Positions 21,084 to 42,012 are shown, counted from the first letter of the stretch. The stretch: 64,000 bases of DNA from the human T2T-CHM13v2.0 reference genome, Homo sapiens (GCF_009914755.1 NC_060933.1); one strand, 5' to 3'. Numbers and translations are program-made. The notes: generated from the letters alone by a model not told the origin.

Positions 21084-22549
21084 ATATGACATTCACAATG
21101 TCTAGGATACTATGTTTTTCTCTAATAAGGGCAGGAATATGTGTGGATCCTAAATCTGTGTAATGCTCTCATTCATGTTATTTTGTTGTTTCTTCACTGT
21201 TTCCTCAATTAAAGTAAAAATTTTAAACCAAAGGGTCAGGAAAGTTATTTGAGAAATTCAAGTCTATTTGCAAACAGTCAAGAATAGAATGGAAACTCTA
21301 AGAAATTGGATAGGTACTCAGTACCCTGAAGCCTATAAGAAATAAGACAAGGTAAGTGCTAGAGGCTGATGAAGGAATGTAAAACGGGCCTGACTGAGGA
21401 TTTGTCGGCAAGAGATTTACAACTTTATTATCCCCAGTGCCAAAGTGAGCTTTCTAAAGCACCAACCCAAAAACATCAGTTTCTTTCTTATAACTGTTTG
21501 TAGATTCTGTTGTCACTGCAGTGATTTAAAAACTTTTCCTCACAACAGAATACTCATTTTCCAAATAAAATATTATGTGGAACCTTAGGGAATATAAAAC
21601 AGACAAAAGTAGGGACAGGTAGGAGGTTGGGGGTATCATAGATCTGACTTCTCAGAATTTGCTCATGTATGTGGTAGCCCTGATTCAGCCTCCTGGACTC
21701 CAGAGAACAGAGGGTCATCACCTCAAACCTATAGAGGTATTGACTTAGATTAGCATCTGAAGCCCTGACAGTTTGGCTCCAAACTACCTTTCCAGTCTTC
21801 TCTGTCACTGCCCCAACAGTAAAACCCAAGTTCCAACCATTCCAAACTCTTAGTAGTATTCCACATCTTGGCACTGTTTCATCTGTCTAGAAAATTCTTG
21901 CTTACAATACCAGTAGGAGAACTGCTCTTCCTAGTTTATCCAAGCAGAAGTGCCTTTCCCTTCCTGGGACTTCCCCTTCAAGGGATTTACATATATTCTG
22001 CTATAAACGCATTTAACATACAGCACTGTAATTGTGACCCAACTAAGTCTGTGACCCACTTAAGTTACCCTCATCCTATGGCCAGTCTCAGCATGGTGAA
22101 ACTGCAAAAGAAACTAAATCCATAACCAAATGTCTTAAAGAACGTTGTACATCTTTATTGAGATTATCAAGACACACTGAGGTAAGGTCACATAAAACCA
22201 GCATCAAAGCTTTCCCAAAATCCCATGTAGCTAATTTTTCCTTTTCCTCTAATCCTATTTTTGCTGTATCAGTGTAAATATCTTCCCTTCTATCTTTAAA
22301 ATCTCCAGTATGCACTGGGTTCTTTCTCACTATGTTATTTCTTTTCTAGAGATGGTTCAAGCCCTTTCATATGACAATCAGCTTATTTAAATTATTAAAA
22401 ATCCAACCATTATTCTGCTCAGTCCAACAAAGACCCAACAAAGAGTCCAGCTTAGAAGGTAGGAGAGAAGGAAAAGCCATAAATAAGTATTCTTTAGTAT
22501 TTTTGTCTACAATGTATGCGTCAATCTGTATTCCACAAGACTGTGCTCC

Positions 22550-22700
22550 CTAACCATGTCTTCATTTTCATTTCCAGGTTGTCTTATATTTTTTATATCA
22601 CCAATACTTAGCACAATGCCTGAGACAAAAATAGGTATTCAGTAAATACTGGTTGCTTGAATAAGTAAATGAGTAATAAATGACTGAATGAATGAATGGA
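22550..22700 (+). mobile_element. L2 3' end fragment
   Basis: cttagcacaatgcctga...taggtattcagtaaatact...gaatgaatgaat, typical L2 terminus. Confidence 0.7.
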
Positions 22701-23537
22701 ATGCTCATTTTCCACAGGAAATTCATGTAATTGCAAAAATACCTAATTCTTACAACAGTAAACCCATTATCACTGCGTTCTCAGAGAACTATGCTATAAA
22801 GTTATGTAGAAATAAAGTAAATTTTTTGAATCATTTAACAGTAATGTTTTTCACTCAAAGACATCATTGCTCATCTATTGAAACACAAGGCAGGCCATAT
22901 TTCCCCATCATCTGGGTTAGCTGCACAAAGTCTCACATTGCCTTAGACACCTCTGCACAAAAGATGGCTTGCCAGTTTGCAGCCACAAGGAAATCATCCC
23001 TAGGAAAAATAGCTTCATTTTTCCATTTCTCCCTCTATTACATATATACAGGCTAGGTACCTAATACCTTACAGTGTTCCCCCTTTACTTCTACATGATC
23101 AAATCTACTTCATTCTGAATTATTAACTGTTGAAATCATATAGCATTCTGATTTTTAGCAAGACATTTTCTACTTGATCTTCCCAAGAATGGTGTAGATA
23201 GGGGATAAAAGATTAAGTTGGTAAAATGGTACTTTCTCTTAGATTATAGAATTTACCATTCAAGGAATAAACTAAACTCTGTTAGCCATGAGAAGGAAGG
23301 TGGTTTGGATGAGAATCCTTTTACCCATAAGTTTCTGTCCTTTTCCTTAACTCTGTCATGAAGAGAAAAGGTAACTCAGTCCTGGATTTCCCTCTTTCTT
23401 TTAAATATTAGGAAGAGAAAAATGAGAATTTCGGGAATTAGTGGAATCATCAACCCTCATATTTATTTTGGAACCTCTGGGTAAGAGCTAGCCCTACATT
23501 CAGAGTAAAATACTTTTAAAAATAAATAAAGAAGCAT

Positions 23538-24500
23538 TTAAATTCCTTCCAAGAAGCATTTTTGTCACAGTATACTCTTCACAGCTGCCTTCACGTCTTT
23601 GTTCCTCAAACTATAGATAAGAGGATTAAGCATAGGTGTCACCACTCCATAGAACAGGGAGATGATTTTGTCTGTGACTTGTTCTTTGTCTGCACCAGAA
23701 GAGTCTTTAGCCTTGGGCTTTGCATACATGAAAAGGATGGTTCTGTAGAATATAATCACCACTGTTAGGTGGGCAGAGCAGGTGGAGGAGGCTTTGTGCC
23801 TTCCTTCTGCAGAAGGAATTCTCAGGATGGTGGAGAGAATAAAAACATATGTAACAAAAATAAAAAGTACTGGCCCTACAAGAAAAATCATACTAGCAAC
23901 AACCATGCTAATAATATTTATGGAGATATTAGCACAGGCCAATTTTAAGACAGCCAAGATTTCACAAGTAAAATGATTAATGACGTTATCTCCACAGAAA
24001 GGAAGCCGCATTGCAAGGGAGGTTTGCAACACAGAATTGATGCCTCCTCCAATCCAGGACCCCGCAGCCATGGACATGTATGAAGCCTTGCTCATGATGA
24101 TAGGGTATCATAGAGGGTTACAGATGGCCACATAGCAGTCAAACGCCATCATACTTAGAAGGACACACTCTGTTGCTCCCATAGCAAAAGAGAGAAACAT
24201 TTGCACTCCACACCCAGAGAAGGAAATAGTTTTCTTTGACGTTAAGAAGCTGCTGAGAAATAGTGGAATAGATGAACTAGTGTAGCAGATGTCCAAGAAT
24301 GATAAGTTACTGAGGAAAAAGTACATGGGGGTGTGCAAGTGGGTGTCATAAACACTCACAATGATGATGACTCCATTTCCCAACAGGATCACCAAATACA
24401 TACATAGGACCAGCACAAAGTAAATGGCCTCTAGCTCTGGGTAGCCAGAAAGCCCCAGCAGGACAAATTCTGTCATGAAAGACTGATTAGAGTTTCCCAT
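23538..24500 (-). pseudogene. OR13C1P: Olfactory receptor pseudogene, OR13C subfamily
   Basis: ORFs 24108..24521 and 23565..24095 are in the same frame, separated by TGA at 24108-24110 (NPL*YPIIMSK). True ATG at 24500 (MGNSNQSF). Motifs [13 protein letters not shown] and [16 protein letters not shown] present; degenerate MAFDCY, KASSTC, FYRT. A second TGA at 23565-23567 is followed by QKCFLEGI*. OR13C pseudogene call is secure; the exact symbol is inferred from position next to OR13D1 and is less certain. Confidence 0.85.
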
Positions 24501-26453
24501 GCTAATATTTTCTTTCACCAACAGGAATTCTGTAGTGGCTGGAATGTGTGTGGATCTTTTACAGCAGTGTCTGTAAGAATCATTTGCATTCTTGAATGGC
24601 TTCCCTATGGGTAATAAAGACCTGTAATTGGATATATAAATAGCACAAGAATATGTTACGACCCTCTAAGTTAAGATCAGTTAGACGTTCAGACTTCATG
24701 AAGGAGTCCCCAGCTCTCAAAAAGAATATTCTTGTTAAAGAATAGATTAAAAACACATGCAACTGAGTTAGAATTATGAATCTCATTTGCATTATAAATT
24801 TAAATTATTTTAATACAATGTTACCATATTTTGACCAAATAATCCAGAACAAATAGAAAATGTATGAAATATTACTAGCCAGCAGATATCTGACCATTTT
24901 AACCAACATTATTATCTGTAACCAAACATTTTTCTTCACACTATGTTATACCTAACAAAATTGCTGTTCTTCAGTTACTAAAACAAAGTTATATGTGAAA
25001 GTTCTGCTTCAATGGTAATTTAATCTTAATTGCAGAAGAGTCTTGTGGGCTAAAAGAATAAATAGAAAAGACATTTTTAGGAAAAAGGACTTTTGGTTAT
25101 TCCTAATTTAGGACAAATATGAATACCTGAACTATCCTCCTAAGAATATTGACTAGAGAAGAAGTATTACTTATAAAATAGTAAGGGAAAAAATTGAGAT
25201 AAAATTATTCTTGTTTGTCTTTTTCAATACAGATTAGTAAATCTTTCTAGGTCACCCTATTGTTCTGCCTGATATACACGATGGATAAAAAGTTGACCTC
25301 AGAAAAACTCTAGTGTACATTTCTCAATCTATAATCAAACCATAAATAAATGTATAAATTAAAGAATTTCAGTAATGAGGGATTTGCTTTTTTACCTCTA
25401 AGTATGAGAAAATACATATTGCCTTCTTCCTGCAGAGAAGTCAGCTTCCTCTGCTCGAACAGCTGTTCTGCTGATCTTCCTCTCACTGCATATTTGGAAA
25501 TACCCATGATAATGAGAGGTAGGTCACTCAAAAAGCTCTTAAACATAGCAATTTGCTATAATTATTTGTATCCTTATTTGATGTAATATGGAGTATTTCT
25601 ATATTTAAATGCCAAAAACAGAAGTCCTACTTTTTAAAATCAGATTGCTAGCCTCATAAGTTCCATCTCAATAACCTCACAAAGATAACTAAAAGAACTA
25701 TCTGCTTCTCAGTTCTCATTAAAATCAAGTAGCTGCCATTGCTATTGTAGAAGCCAATTAATCATTGGCAAAATAGAAACTAGCTCTAGTAATGATGAAA
25801 GCTGGGGCTCTTGGCAGTCTTTTCACTAGCAGAGGATTCTTCAAAAGACCAGCCAATGAAGCACCAAAGCAACTCAAAGTGTTTGCTGCTTTGAGGATGC
25901 TTCTAATCCCAAAAGTAATTTAAACCTCACAATGTGGATTGGACAGAATTTTAAAACTTTCTAGTACTTTTGGGACGAAGTCTCTCAGAAGCAATTAAAA
26001 CAAAGTTGTTGATACAATTTAATTAAAGTTTAACTCATAAAACAGTAACAATTATTCTAGCTTTACATTCTCTGGGAAGAGTAAGTTGAGGAATGCTACC
26101 CAGGTAAAACAGCCAAGACATGGAAATTAGAATTCACTATATCTGATGGAGAGATGTAGCAGTAACCCGTGACGCTTAATGCAAAATGATGCTTTGTTCT
26201 TAATAAATGAATTGTTAATCACATTTATTTTGACCATTAATCCTGGAGTCTCAGAATCCATAAGCTTCATACTGGTCTCATTGGCCCCTCTAAACAGCCA
26301 AAATCACATGCACGGTCATTTTAATTTTGTTCACTCATCCCCTCTGTTCAAATATATATGCAATATCCCAACCTCATTCAACCTGTTCTTTAGTTATATC
26401 CACACTAGCATGGCACAACATGAGTCCAACCACGCAACAACTTCCGTGAGTGA

Positions 26454-26775
<322 letters not shown>

Positions 26776-27403
26776 CTTACTTTACTTTTTAACAGGAAAA
26801 GAAATTCTGACTTGAAGTAATTCTTTATAACACTTATTATGACTATCTTTTGAAATGAATATCAACCCTTAAAGAATTCAGTTATTTTACACAGATATGA
26901 CAAAATAATCTTTCAGCATAGAAACAAGTGGGATCACTATGTGTAGTGTTAGAAAGAAGGGAATAAAACTGGACAATGGTGCTCTTTTTTTGTCAGTGGA
27001 CAATATTTTTAAAAAGTTATTGAGCAAGAGATGTAACATAATCCTGAAGAATGGGTAAACTACTTATGCCATGAAAAATTGGTATTATACGCTTCAACAA
27101 ATCAAATTTGAAATAAAAAATTCTCAGAGTTGTTAACTTTATGCAAGGACATGTTCAGTGTACTGGTTCGTAAGGCAGATGTTGGGCATGTTTTCTCACT
27201 AATCAATACTCAATGGACAAAAGAATTAAACAGGTCAAATGTGACACTGTAGAAGCTATACTATAATGTAAATGGAGGATAGACTGTAACTGCAAAACAA
27301 CTTATAAGCAAACTCTGCAAAACAAAAAAATGTCAAGGAGAGCCAAATCATTATAGAAATATAATTAACAAGTTATGTAATATAGATGCTTATATTTATT
27401 TAA

Positions 27404-27694
27404 TTTTTTTTTTGAGACAGGGTCTCATGCTGTCGCCCAAGCTGGAGTGCAATGGCACAATGACAGCTTACTGCAGCCTTGACCTCCCAGGCTCAAGTGC
27501 TCTTCCACCTCTCTTCTTCCCGAGTAGCTGGGACTATGGATGTGCCACCATATCCAGTTAATTTTTGTATTTTTTGTAGAGATGGGGTCTCACCATGTTT
27601 CTCAGGCTCATCTCAAACTCCTGGGCTCTAGTGATTCTCCTATGTCAGTCTCCCAAAGTGCTGGGATTATAAGTGTGAACCACCACACCCGATC
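27404..27694 (-). mobile_element. AluJ
   Basis: Diverged antisense Alu; TSD agatgcttata. Confidence 0.9.
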
Positions 27695-27709
27695 AGATGC
27701 TTATAATTT

Positions 27710-27852
27710 ATTACAAACAACAAATACATTTTTAATATAAGTATTATCAATGCAATATTTTTATTTTATCCCAGCATACATATGCAAGGAAATTAGAAAT
27801 AATTCAAATTTAACTGTGTCATGTATTTTTATTTGCTAATCTGGTAACCCTA
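27710..27852. mobile_element. MER53-like hAT relic
   Basis: Terminus aattcaaatttaactg...tatttttatttgctaatctggtaacccta. Confidence 0.65.
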
Positions 27853-28042
27853 ACTTACTGTGACCAAGACTCACATGGCATTCAGTCCAAGCCTGATTGC
27901 CCCAACCAGCATCACTGTCAGTTCCAACCACTTGCAGGCATTGGAGAGAGTATGAGACCCAGATCTCTGGGCATTACTACTCATAATAATACTGTCAGAC
28001 AGTACTATTTTCAGAACTTTCAAATGAGAAACAGAGAATATT

Positions 28043-28415
28043 CAGTCTTTGTCTGTTTGGGTTGCTATAACAAAATACCAAAGACTGAGTGATTTATAAA
28101 CAACAGAAATTTATTTCTCACATCTCACAGTTCTGGAGGCTGAGAAGCCCAAGATCAAGGTACCAGCAGATTCAGTATCTAAATAGGGACCATTCCTCAT
28201 AGACATCTGTTTCCAATGGAGCCTCACATGAAGGAAGGGTTGAGGAATTTTCTGGGATGACTATGTCAAGGGCAGTATTCCTATTCATGAAGGCTATACC
28301 CTCATGACCTAATCCCTTTCCAAAGGCCTCACTTCCTAATACCATCACCCGGGAATTAGGGTTTCAACATATGAATGGGAGGGGGGACATAAACATTCAT
28401 TCAGTCAATTGTACA
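28043..28415 (-). mobile_element. MaLR solo LTR (MLT1A/MST-like)
   Basis: tgggttgctataacaaaatacc...acagttctggaggctgagaagcccaagatcaagg...cctcatgacctaat...tttcaacatatgaat. Confidence 0.85.
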
Positions 28416-29199
28416 GTGTATTTTGCTAAGCCATTCTAGTGGATACAAGATTATAACATTATTTGTTGTCTCAAATGTGCCTAGCCACCACTTAAATATC
28501 ATCTACAGCTGCAACCCTCCATCCCTCTCCATAATAGTAAGAAAAAACAATTAAGATGAACTTATAGGTTCTCATGATGAAGTACTGCTCTTCAATATTT
28601 CCAAGCCCTAGTCTATAATATCATCTTCTCTCTCATTTGATTCAATTCAGTAAACATTAACTGAAGCCTCCCTTGTTCCAGGAACTATGTGCCTGCTTCG
28701 GCCTTAGATCTCATGAATTACACTAATTCCCTGCCAGATACTGTAGCCTATTATAAGAATGGCAAGCCAATGTCTAGGGTCTCACTATCTTGGGTCAGCT
28801 CCCCAAATGCCACCTGTCTATACTCCAAGCAGAACACTCTCTGAATTCTTTCTTCATATTGCTCTGCCTTATGCTGTACTCACACATCAATCCATGCTTT
28901 TCCTTTAAGTGACTGGCGTAGGCTGCTTGAATTTCCTGTCAAACCCCTAGGTATATGGTATTCAAATGCCTTCTTGTCCCTCAGGAAGCTGCTATACCTG
29001 TCCATTTCATTTTGTCTAAAGACAAACTAATAATATATGAATAATTAAGTACCTGGTACAAGCCTCTTCTTTTCCCTAAAATAGCTTACTTCACTAAACT
29101 ATGGCTATATTTTATCTAAATTGTGAATAAAAATTTTATTTCATGTTATGCTTAGAAAATTTTGTTTCAAAACCTTGAAGTTAGATAAGGGTAATGTTG

Positions 29200-29486
<287 letters not shown>

Positions 29487-30094
29487 GGTAATGTTTTCTT
29501 ACATTTTTAATGAATGAGCACAGAACCTCATCTATCTCCTCAAACTAAAGTTTATCAAAATAGTTAATATTAGCTATAATGCAGCTACATCATGATCAGT
29601 ATATTTACTCTGTCAATCAAGAGAGTCTCTGTCACAGCCTCATTATCATTCTCTTTCTTGCTTGTATCCTGTCTGTTTCCTAACAGGTGGGTTTTGTCCA
29701 GATTGGAAGGATAGTAAAAGGCAGCAAGTAAATACCAATTAGTCCGTGATATAAGGAAAAGAACAAGGACATAAAATTGGAATCGGTTAACTAGAATTCA
29801 GGTGGGTTATTCCCAAAGCCACATAGTGGAAAGATCAGGGTTGTGATTAGAAAAACACAGAACTACAGATTAATAAATATTGTTGAGCTAGCCAGATACA
29901 GAGGAATGGGAAAGACAACAATGGACAACGTAACTTAACTCAGTTGAAAAACAAGTTTCAGTGTAAGTTCTGTTTCTTAATAACTTTTTAATCTAATTAA
30001 TCAATCATTCAATAAACAAATCTTTTGCTAGTTTGCTCTTCCTAGAAACTAGAAATATATTATTTAAAAAATAATAAAGCATTAATTATTAGAA

Positions 30095-33765
<3,671 letters not shown>

Positions 33766-33798
33766 ACACTCAGGAGCTATAAAAAACAACTAATATGA

Positions 33799-34114
<316 letters not shown>

Positions 34115-34463
34115 GAAATAAACTTTAAGGTACGTTTTTTTCAACAAACAGAGTACCACAAGTGGTCTCAAAGTCTTCTGTATTCAGGTGTTACCCCTTC
34201 CTTTAGTAGCCCAATTGTGATAATCTAGCCTTTATTTTTCATGAATGCACATAGTTTATACTCCTCGCAAAATATTGCTTAGGACTTTTATATTTTCCTA
34301 GTTGTTGGTTATTTTTTTCTCCAGCCTGATTGATATTCCATGCTTCTCTATCATTTTTCTCTGAAAATCTTATAATTACTTTCTCATCTTATTTATTAAT
34401 AAGTTCTTTACAGTCCATTTTGCTGCACAAAGAGTATATACAAGTACCTTTAAAAACATTTAC

Positions 34464-34756
34464 AGGTCAGGCACAGTGGCTCACGCCTGCAATCCCAGCA
34501 ATTTGGGAGGCCGAGGCGGGCGGATCACCTGAGGTCAGGAGTTCAAGAGCAGCCTGGCCAACATGGTGAAACCCCGTCTCTACCAAAAAATACAAAAAAT
34601 TAGCTGGGAGTGGTGGTGGGCGCCTGTAATCCTAGCTACTCGGGTGGCTGAGGCAGGAGAATCGCTTGAACCCGGAAGACGAGTTTGCAGTGAGCCGAGA
34701 TCGCGCCATTGCACTCCATCCTGGGCAACAAGAACGAAACTCCGTGTAAAAAAAAC
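34464..34756 (+). mobile_element. AluS (Sq-like)
   Basis: Full Alu body with the caacaaga...cgaaactcc 3' signature. Confidence 0.93.
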
Positions 34757-37329
34757 CAAATTTACATACATTCCAGGGACTGTCGTTTTTAACACACTAC
34801 TTGGCCTGAAAATAAGATAAAGTGATGCCGTAAAGAAAAGATTTTAATACGGAATATCACTGCTGCTAATATCTGCTAGACATGCTACCTCACAAAGGCC
34901 TCTCAACGCCATTTCCCTCTTCAGTTCCTGGCCAGCCACCGTGTTGCTGAGTCCTCTTCGTTTCCTCCTTTTACAAGCATTGGGGTTAACCCAGTAAAAA
35001 TATATAGGTACATAACTTCAAAGTATTTATCTTTAAAAGTATGGCTCTTCCCAGAAGAGTGAGTCTACCCTCAAAATGGATGGCAGTTTCTACTCTTAGA
35101 ACTATAGGGAAAAAAAGTGCATATCCTCTATCACGCCAGTGATTTAGAAATACTAGAATCCAGCACCTTTTCACATGTATTTGTTATCCGCTTCAGGAAT
35201 AACAGATATGTCATAAGAAAAAGATCCTTGAAACATCTTTACCTATCCAGTGAAATGTTTGGTGGTAAAAGAAAATCTCTTTAGACAAACCTTCAGAACA
35301 TATTATCAATCAATGCGTACTGCCTTGCTATTATCAACCAAAGCATATCGTCTCCAAAAATAATAATTTTGACTCCAATTATTTGTCATATTTCACATGC
35401 ATTTACTGGATGCCAATACCATTTTTTTCTAAGATAGAGAAGTTTCTAACTTACCAAATAATGTTTAAAGCTAAATTAACACAACAATCAAGTCTCATAG
35501 AACTAAAAACATCTAATTCACCACCTGATGCGTAAATATCCTCCAAAACATCCCTAACAGGCTGTTATCTATCTTTCTTGCACACCTCTAATAATGGGAA
35601 GCTCATCTGTTCTGAGGGAATCTAGTTATTACTGTCAAAAACTGCTTATATGAATCCAAAATCTGTTCTTTTGTGTGTATATTTTCTACTTTTTGTTTTT
35701 AGTTGTATTCTTTGAAACAATTACCACTTGAGTTTATTTTTAGAACTAAAATTAGAATTTCAGTCTGTATTTTAGACTTATAATTAGCAAAGATCATTTC
35801 ATTCATTCATTGAACAAATATATAAGAGCCTACACTCTTCTAGGTAATGGTAAACAATGTGAACATTGGTGTTTGAGATGGAATCTGAATCCAGATCTTT
35901 TTTTATTCTAAAAGCCATCCCTTATTTTTTGTTTTCTGCTACTATCCAGATTCTTTTCAACTTGGAGATTACAGTAATCTATTTGCTTTCACAGAATCTA
36001 AACTTTTTTAATTCTATAGAGTCTGCTACCTTTTCCAAATTAATCTTCCTAATTCATGGTGTTCATCATCACCACAATTCAAAAACTTACCTTGGCTTTC
36101 CAACTAAGACATGAACACTTTGACCTGATACTAATGTCTCCCCACAAAACAACTACCACCTAAAATTCCAGATTATCTCCTAGGGCAATCTCATTCACTC
36201 TATGGTTTCAATGCATCATCAATAAACTGGTGAATCCAAATCCATAGGCCTCATCCCAGATTTCTCTCCTGGGCATTTTATGGTAGCATCTTATCTAAAT
36301 GCAGTAAGTAAAACACATGTCTTTCACTCACCATGTTGACTTACACTACATTATCTTCCTGCTACTTTCCTATTATGAAAAGAAATGTTACCCCCTGTTC
36401 TTTTGATGATTTCCAAAATGCCTAAACTGAACTGCAAAGTTGTCTGAGCTCTAGATCCTAAATAACTCTTTAGCCTCATATTTCACAAAATTTCACCTCT
36501 CCCAACTGTTCTTTATCCCATGTGCAACCAAAATGGAGCTTCTTTTAATTTTTAGAATATACCACCTTCCCCCACCACCCCCCTCCTCTCTCTCTAGAAA
36601 ACAAAGAGCAAATGGAGAATTTTTGAGGGAGAAAGAATAGCATAGCATATGCAGAGGGTAGGGAACTCTTCCTTTTCTTGCTTAATTGCTATTATCCTTC
36701 TCCCAGAATCTCCTGAAGATGTCATTCCTGACCCCTAGTCTGAGTTAGGCAACCCTCCTGTGTGCCCTGATAACATCCTATATCTCCCTTAATACAGCAC
36801 TTATCACACATTATTGCAATCACGTGTTTAATTATCTGTGTCTGGCCAAACAGCAAGCACCTTAAGAATAAGCACCATCTTGCTCTTGTTAATCACTGTA
36901 ATTACAGAATTAAGGCCAGTACCTGGCATATTTTTAACCACTCAGAATGCAAGTGTTATATTGTTGACTTCCCTTGCAATTCCTAACTGATTAATGGCAC
37001 CACCAAATCTAAACTATCAAAACTTATAAAGTTGGACTCCTAGACATCTTTCACATCTGTTAACTACCCTCCAGCTATTCTTAGTACTATTTCCACATTA
37101 TGCCTCCATTTGATTACTGCAAGGTACTCCCAGTTGGCCTTTCTACCTTCATTTTCAACACCATCGCTAGCACCTCAGTCTATTCTCCATAATTTTGTCT
37201 GCGTTATCTTTCCAAAAAATCAATCTGATCATGGTAAGCCTCTGTCAAATAAAAGCTGCATGATTTTGGGCCCGTTACTTAAGCCTCAATTTTCTTAATC
37301 TGTTAATAATATTTTAAGGTAAAAATGTG

Positions 37330-38350
37330 CAACTAAAGAAGCTAATAGGGGATCAATTGAATATCCAAAAAGAAAAAATTTAATCTTGGCCCCTACTTTA
37401 TACACAAAAATCAAATCAAGATTGATTACAGATTTAGATATGAAAAATGGAACAATACATCTTTTAGAATAATACGTAGAAGTATTCTTTTAGAAGAATA
37501 TATAGAAGAATAACCACAAAGAAAAGATTGTGAATTGGTCTAATTATATTTAAATTAATAACTTCTATTCATTAGATGTCATCATTAAGAACATAAACAG
37601 AAAGGAAAAATATTTTTTAAATAAATATTTTTAACAAAGGATTCATATAAATAAGATATGAAAAATCATTTAAAATCCATTTTAAAAAGACAACCTAGTA
37701 GAAGAATGGACCAAAAAAAAAGTGAATGTACATTTCATCAAATAAGGATATTTGAATATGCAATAAATGTATGAAAAATGCTTAACTTCAGGGAAATAAA
37801 AAAATAAAATAATATGCTACCACTCCCACCACAACAGCTAAAATGAAAAACAGAGATAATACCAAGTGTTTCCAAAGATGTAAAGCAACTTAAGTTCTTA
37901 CATACTGCTGGTGGGAGCTTAAATTGGTACCAATACTTTATAGAACTGGAGATGTGTATGAAGCTAAGTATTTGCATACCCTATAACTCAGAATTCTTTC
38001 TAAACTATATATTCAATAGAGTGATTATATACAAATTTACACCAAAGATGCATATAAGTATGTTAATAAAAGCACTATTCATACCTTATACAAACACTAG
38101 AAAAATATAAATGTTTATCACAAGTAGAATAATGGAATATTTAGCATGGAGAATGAAGAAGGTGCAACTTCAAGCAATATAATATTGGTTAAAGGTATAC
38201 ATAATACATGATATTTGAAACAAATAAAATCAATATGCAGTATTAAAATAGTAATATCTATTAACTCTGAGGAGCTTTGGGGGTGCTTTCTCTGTTTTCC
38301 ACGATCTGAGATGTGTTCCATTAAAGCATTCAACATGCTATAGCACTTAT
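37330..38350 (+). mobile_element. Ancient L1 (L1ME-like) 3' fragments
   Basis: Degenerate ORF2/3' segments (tacacaaaaatcaaatcaagattgatt; catactgctggtgggag...aaattggtac). Confidence 0.6.
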
Positions 38351-39701
38351 AAATTGAGCATTTTCAACAAATAACTAGATAGAGAACCCACTAAATACAG
38401 AACCCAATGCATTTCCTAAGACTTTAATAGATGTCTTTCATGATTAACAGTATTACTAGTGTTATTATTACATGCTTACAAAGCTGAAATTTCCATGGCT
38501 CATTCTCAAAAAGGAAACAGTCAAGCAATCAAAATAATTTTCAACCTCTACTTAACTTTCTTAAAAACCATGGAAGGAATCCAAATATTTCCTACCACAG
38601 TAACACTGATAAGAATTACTTTTTCTTTTATCCACTGGCATCATATCCCCCAGCTGTTTTGGAGCATCTCTCCATTTTCCAGCTTTGCTTTTTTTTTTTT
38701 TCCTCCCTCTCTCTTGCTTTCATTTCATATGATAATATTCTTTTGATGTAAATATCTTTTATCAGGTAAAATAAAATTTCTCTTCCTTGGACCAGCAGTT
38801 CAGGGGATGGTAAGTTTTAAAACAAGGGAAAAAACAGACTTTAAGTATTGAGGCTTATGTCAGTGAGCTAGGATATATATTGATTGTATCTCACATTTTT
38901 AATTATTTTGAAGATTATAAAGATCAATAACTGGAAGCTTCTGCTCTTTTGATAGATGGATTTTGAGAAGAGTTGAACATTAATATTCCCAAATCAAGGG
39001 TTATTTTTTCTGTCGCACTGTCGCTAAACTCAAATGTCACCTCTTCTGTGAAGCCTTTACTAAACCCTCCAGGAAAAAATCACTTCTCCCACTTCAGTGT
39101 TTCTATATGCTTCTTTGTGCCTCTTTTATAATTTGTATTATATATTGTATACTATTTATTCAGAGGGATGTAGTTGAAAGCACACATTTTAGAAATCAGG
39201 AAGAGATGGATAAAAATCCCAACTCTGTAGTTCACCAGGAACATAAAATTTAAAGACGTAAAGTGGAGTCCTCAGGAAATAGATGTTCATTATAGTTCTT
39301 TGTTGAATGAATGAAGGCATGATTGCTTTTCACACATTGAAGCTAAGCAAGCTTAGTTACCATTACTAGAATAAGCCTTGCCAATCATTGCTGCCTCTGC
39401 ATCTTTGTTCATGCCATTCTCTCTATCTAAAATCAAAATCTCTCTAATCTATCACAATCCAAGACCCTCCTCAAAAGCCTCCTCTGCCTTGAAGCTCCTA
39501 CTTATCATTTTAACTAAATTGGATTTGTTTAGCAATCTTTCATAATATTTATAATATGAAGATTTATTTTCTATTTGTGTGTTGTTTGTATATCCTGCTT
39601 TATTGAAAGGTCATTAGAAGTAGAGTTACTGGTCTTTGTAATCTCCACAATTAACACGTTGATAATTTGGATCAGTGCAATTTGTGTATTCAACTTTTTT
39701 A

Positions 39702-40407
<706 letters not shown>

Positions 40408-40589
40408 AACAATGTGTTTCAGTGTTGTTTACCTGGTTTTGTCTCACCTGAGTGTAACAACCGCGACTATAATAGGTCAGGCAGAGTCTATCTAACTGAA
40501 TTAAACACAGATAAGAATCCCAGAGCTACTTTCTTAAGGTCATTATTTAACAAGAAGAAATATTAATCTATAAACCAGTAATTCCTACA

Positions 40590-42012
<1,423 letters not shown>

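Noticed and set aside
24108-24110. Stop-codon readthrough (pseudo-pseudogene) model for the OR13C locus
   Set aside because: The context is TGA-T rather than the leaky TGA-C, and extra lesions (DCY, KASSTC, FYRT, second TGA) argue for true loss of function.
24501-24521. ORF-track start MVKENIS upstream of the pseudogene
   Set aside because: Begins at a TTG; the OR-typical start is ATG 24500.
29501-29994. Two more 11/13 matches to the H-element 13-mer (29501-29513 and 29982-29994)
   Set aside because: No convincing neighbouring O/E sites; such matches are expected by chance in AT-rich DNA.
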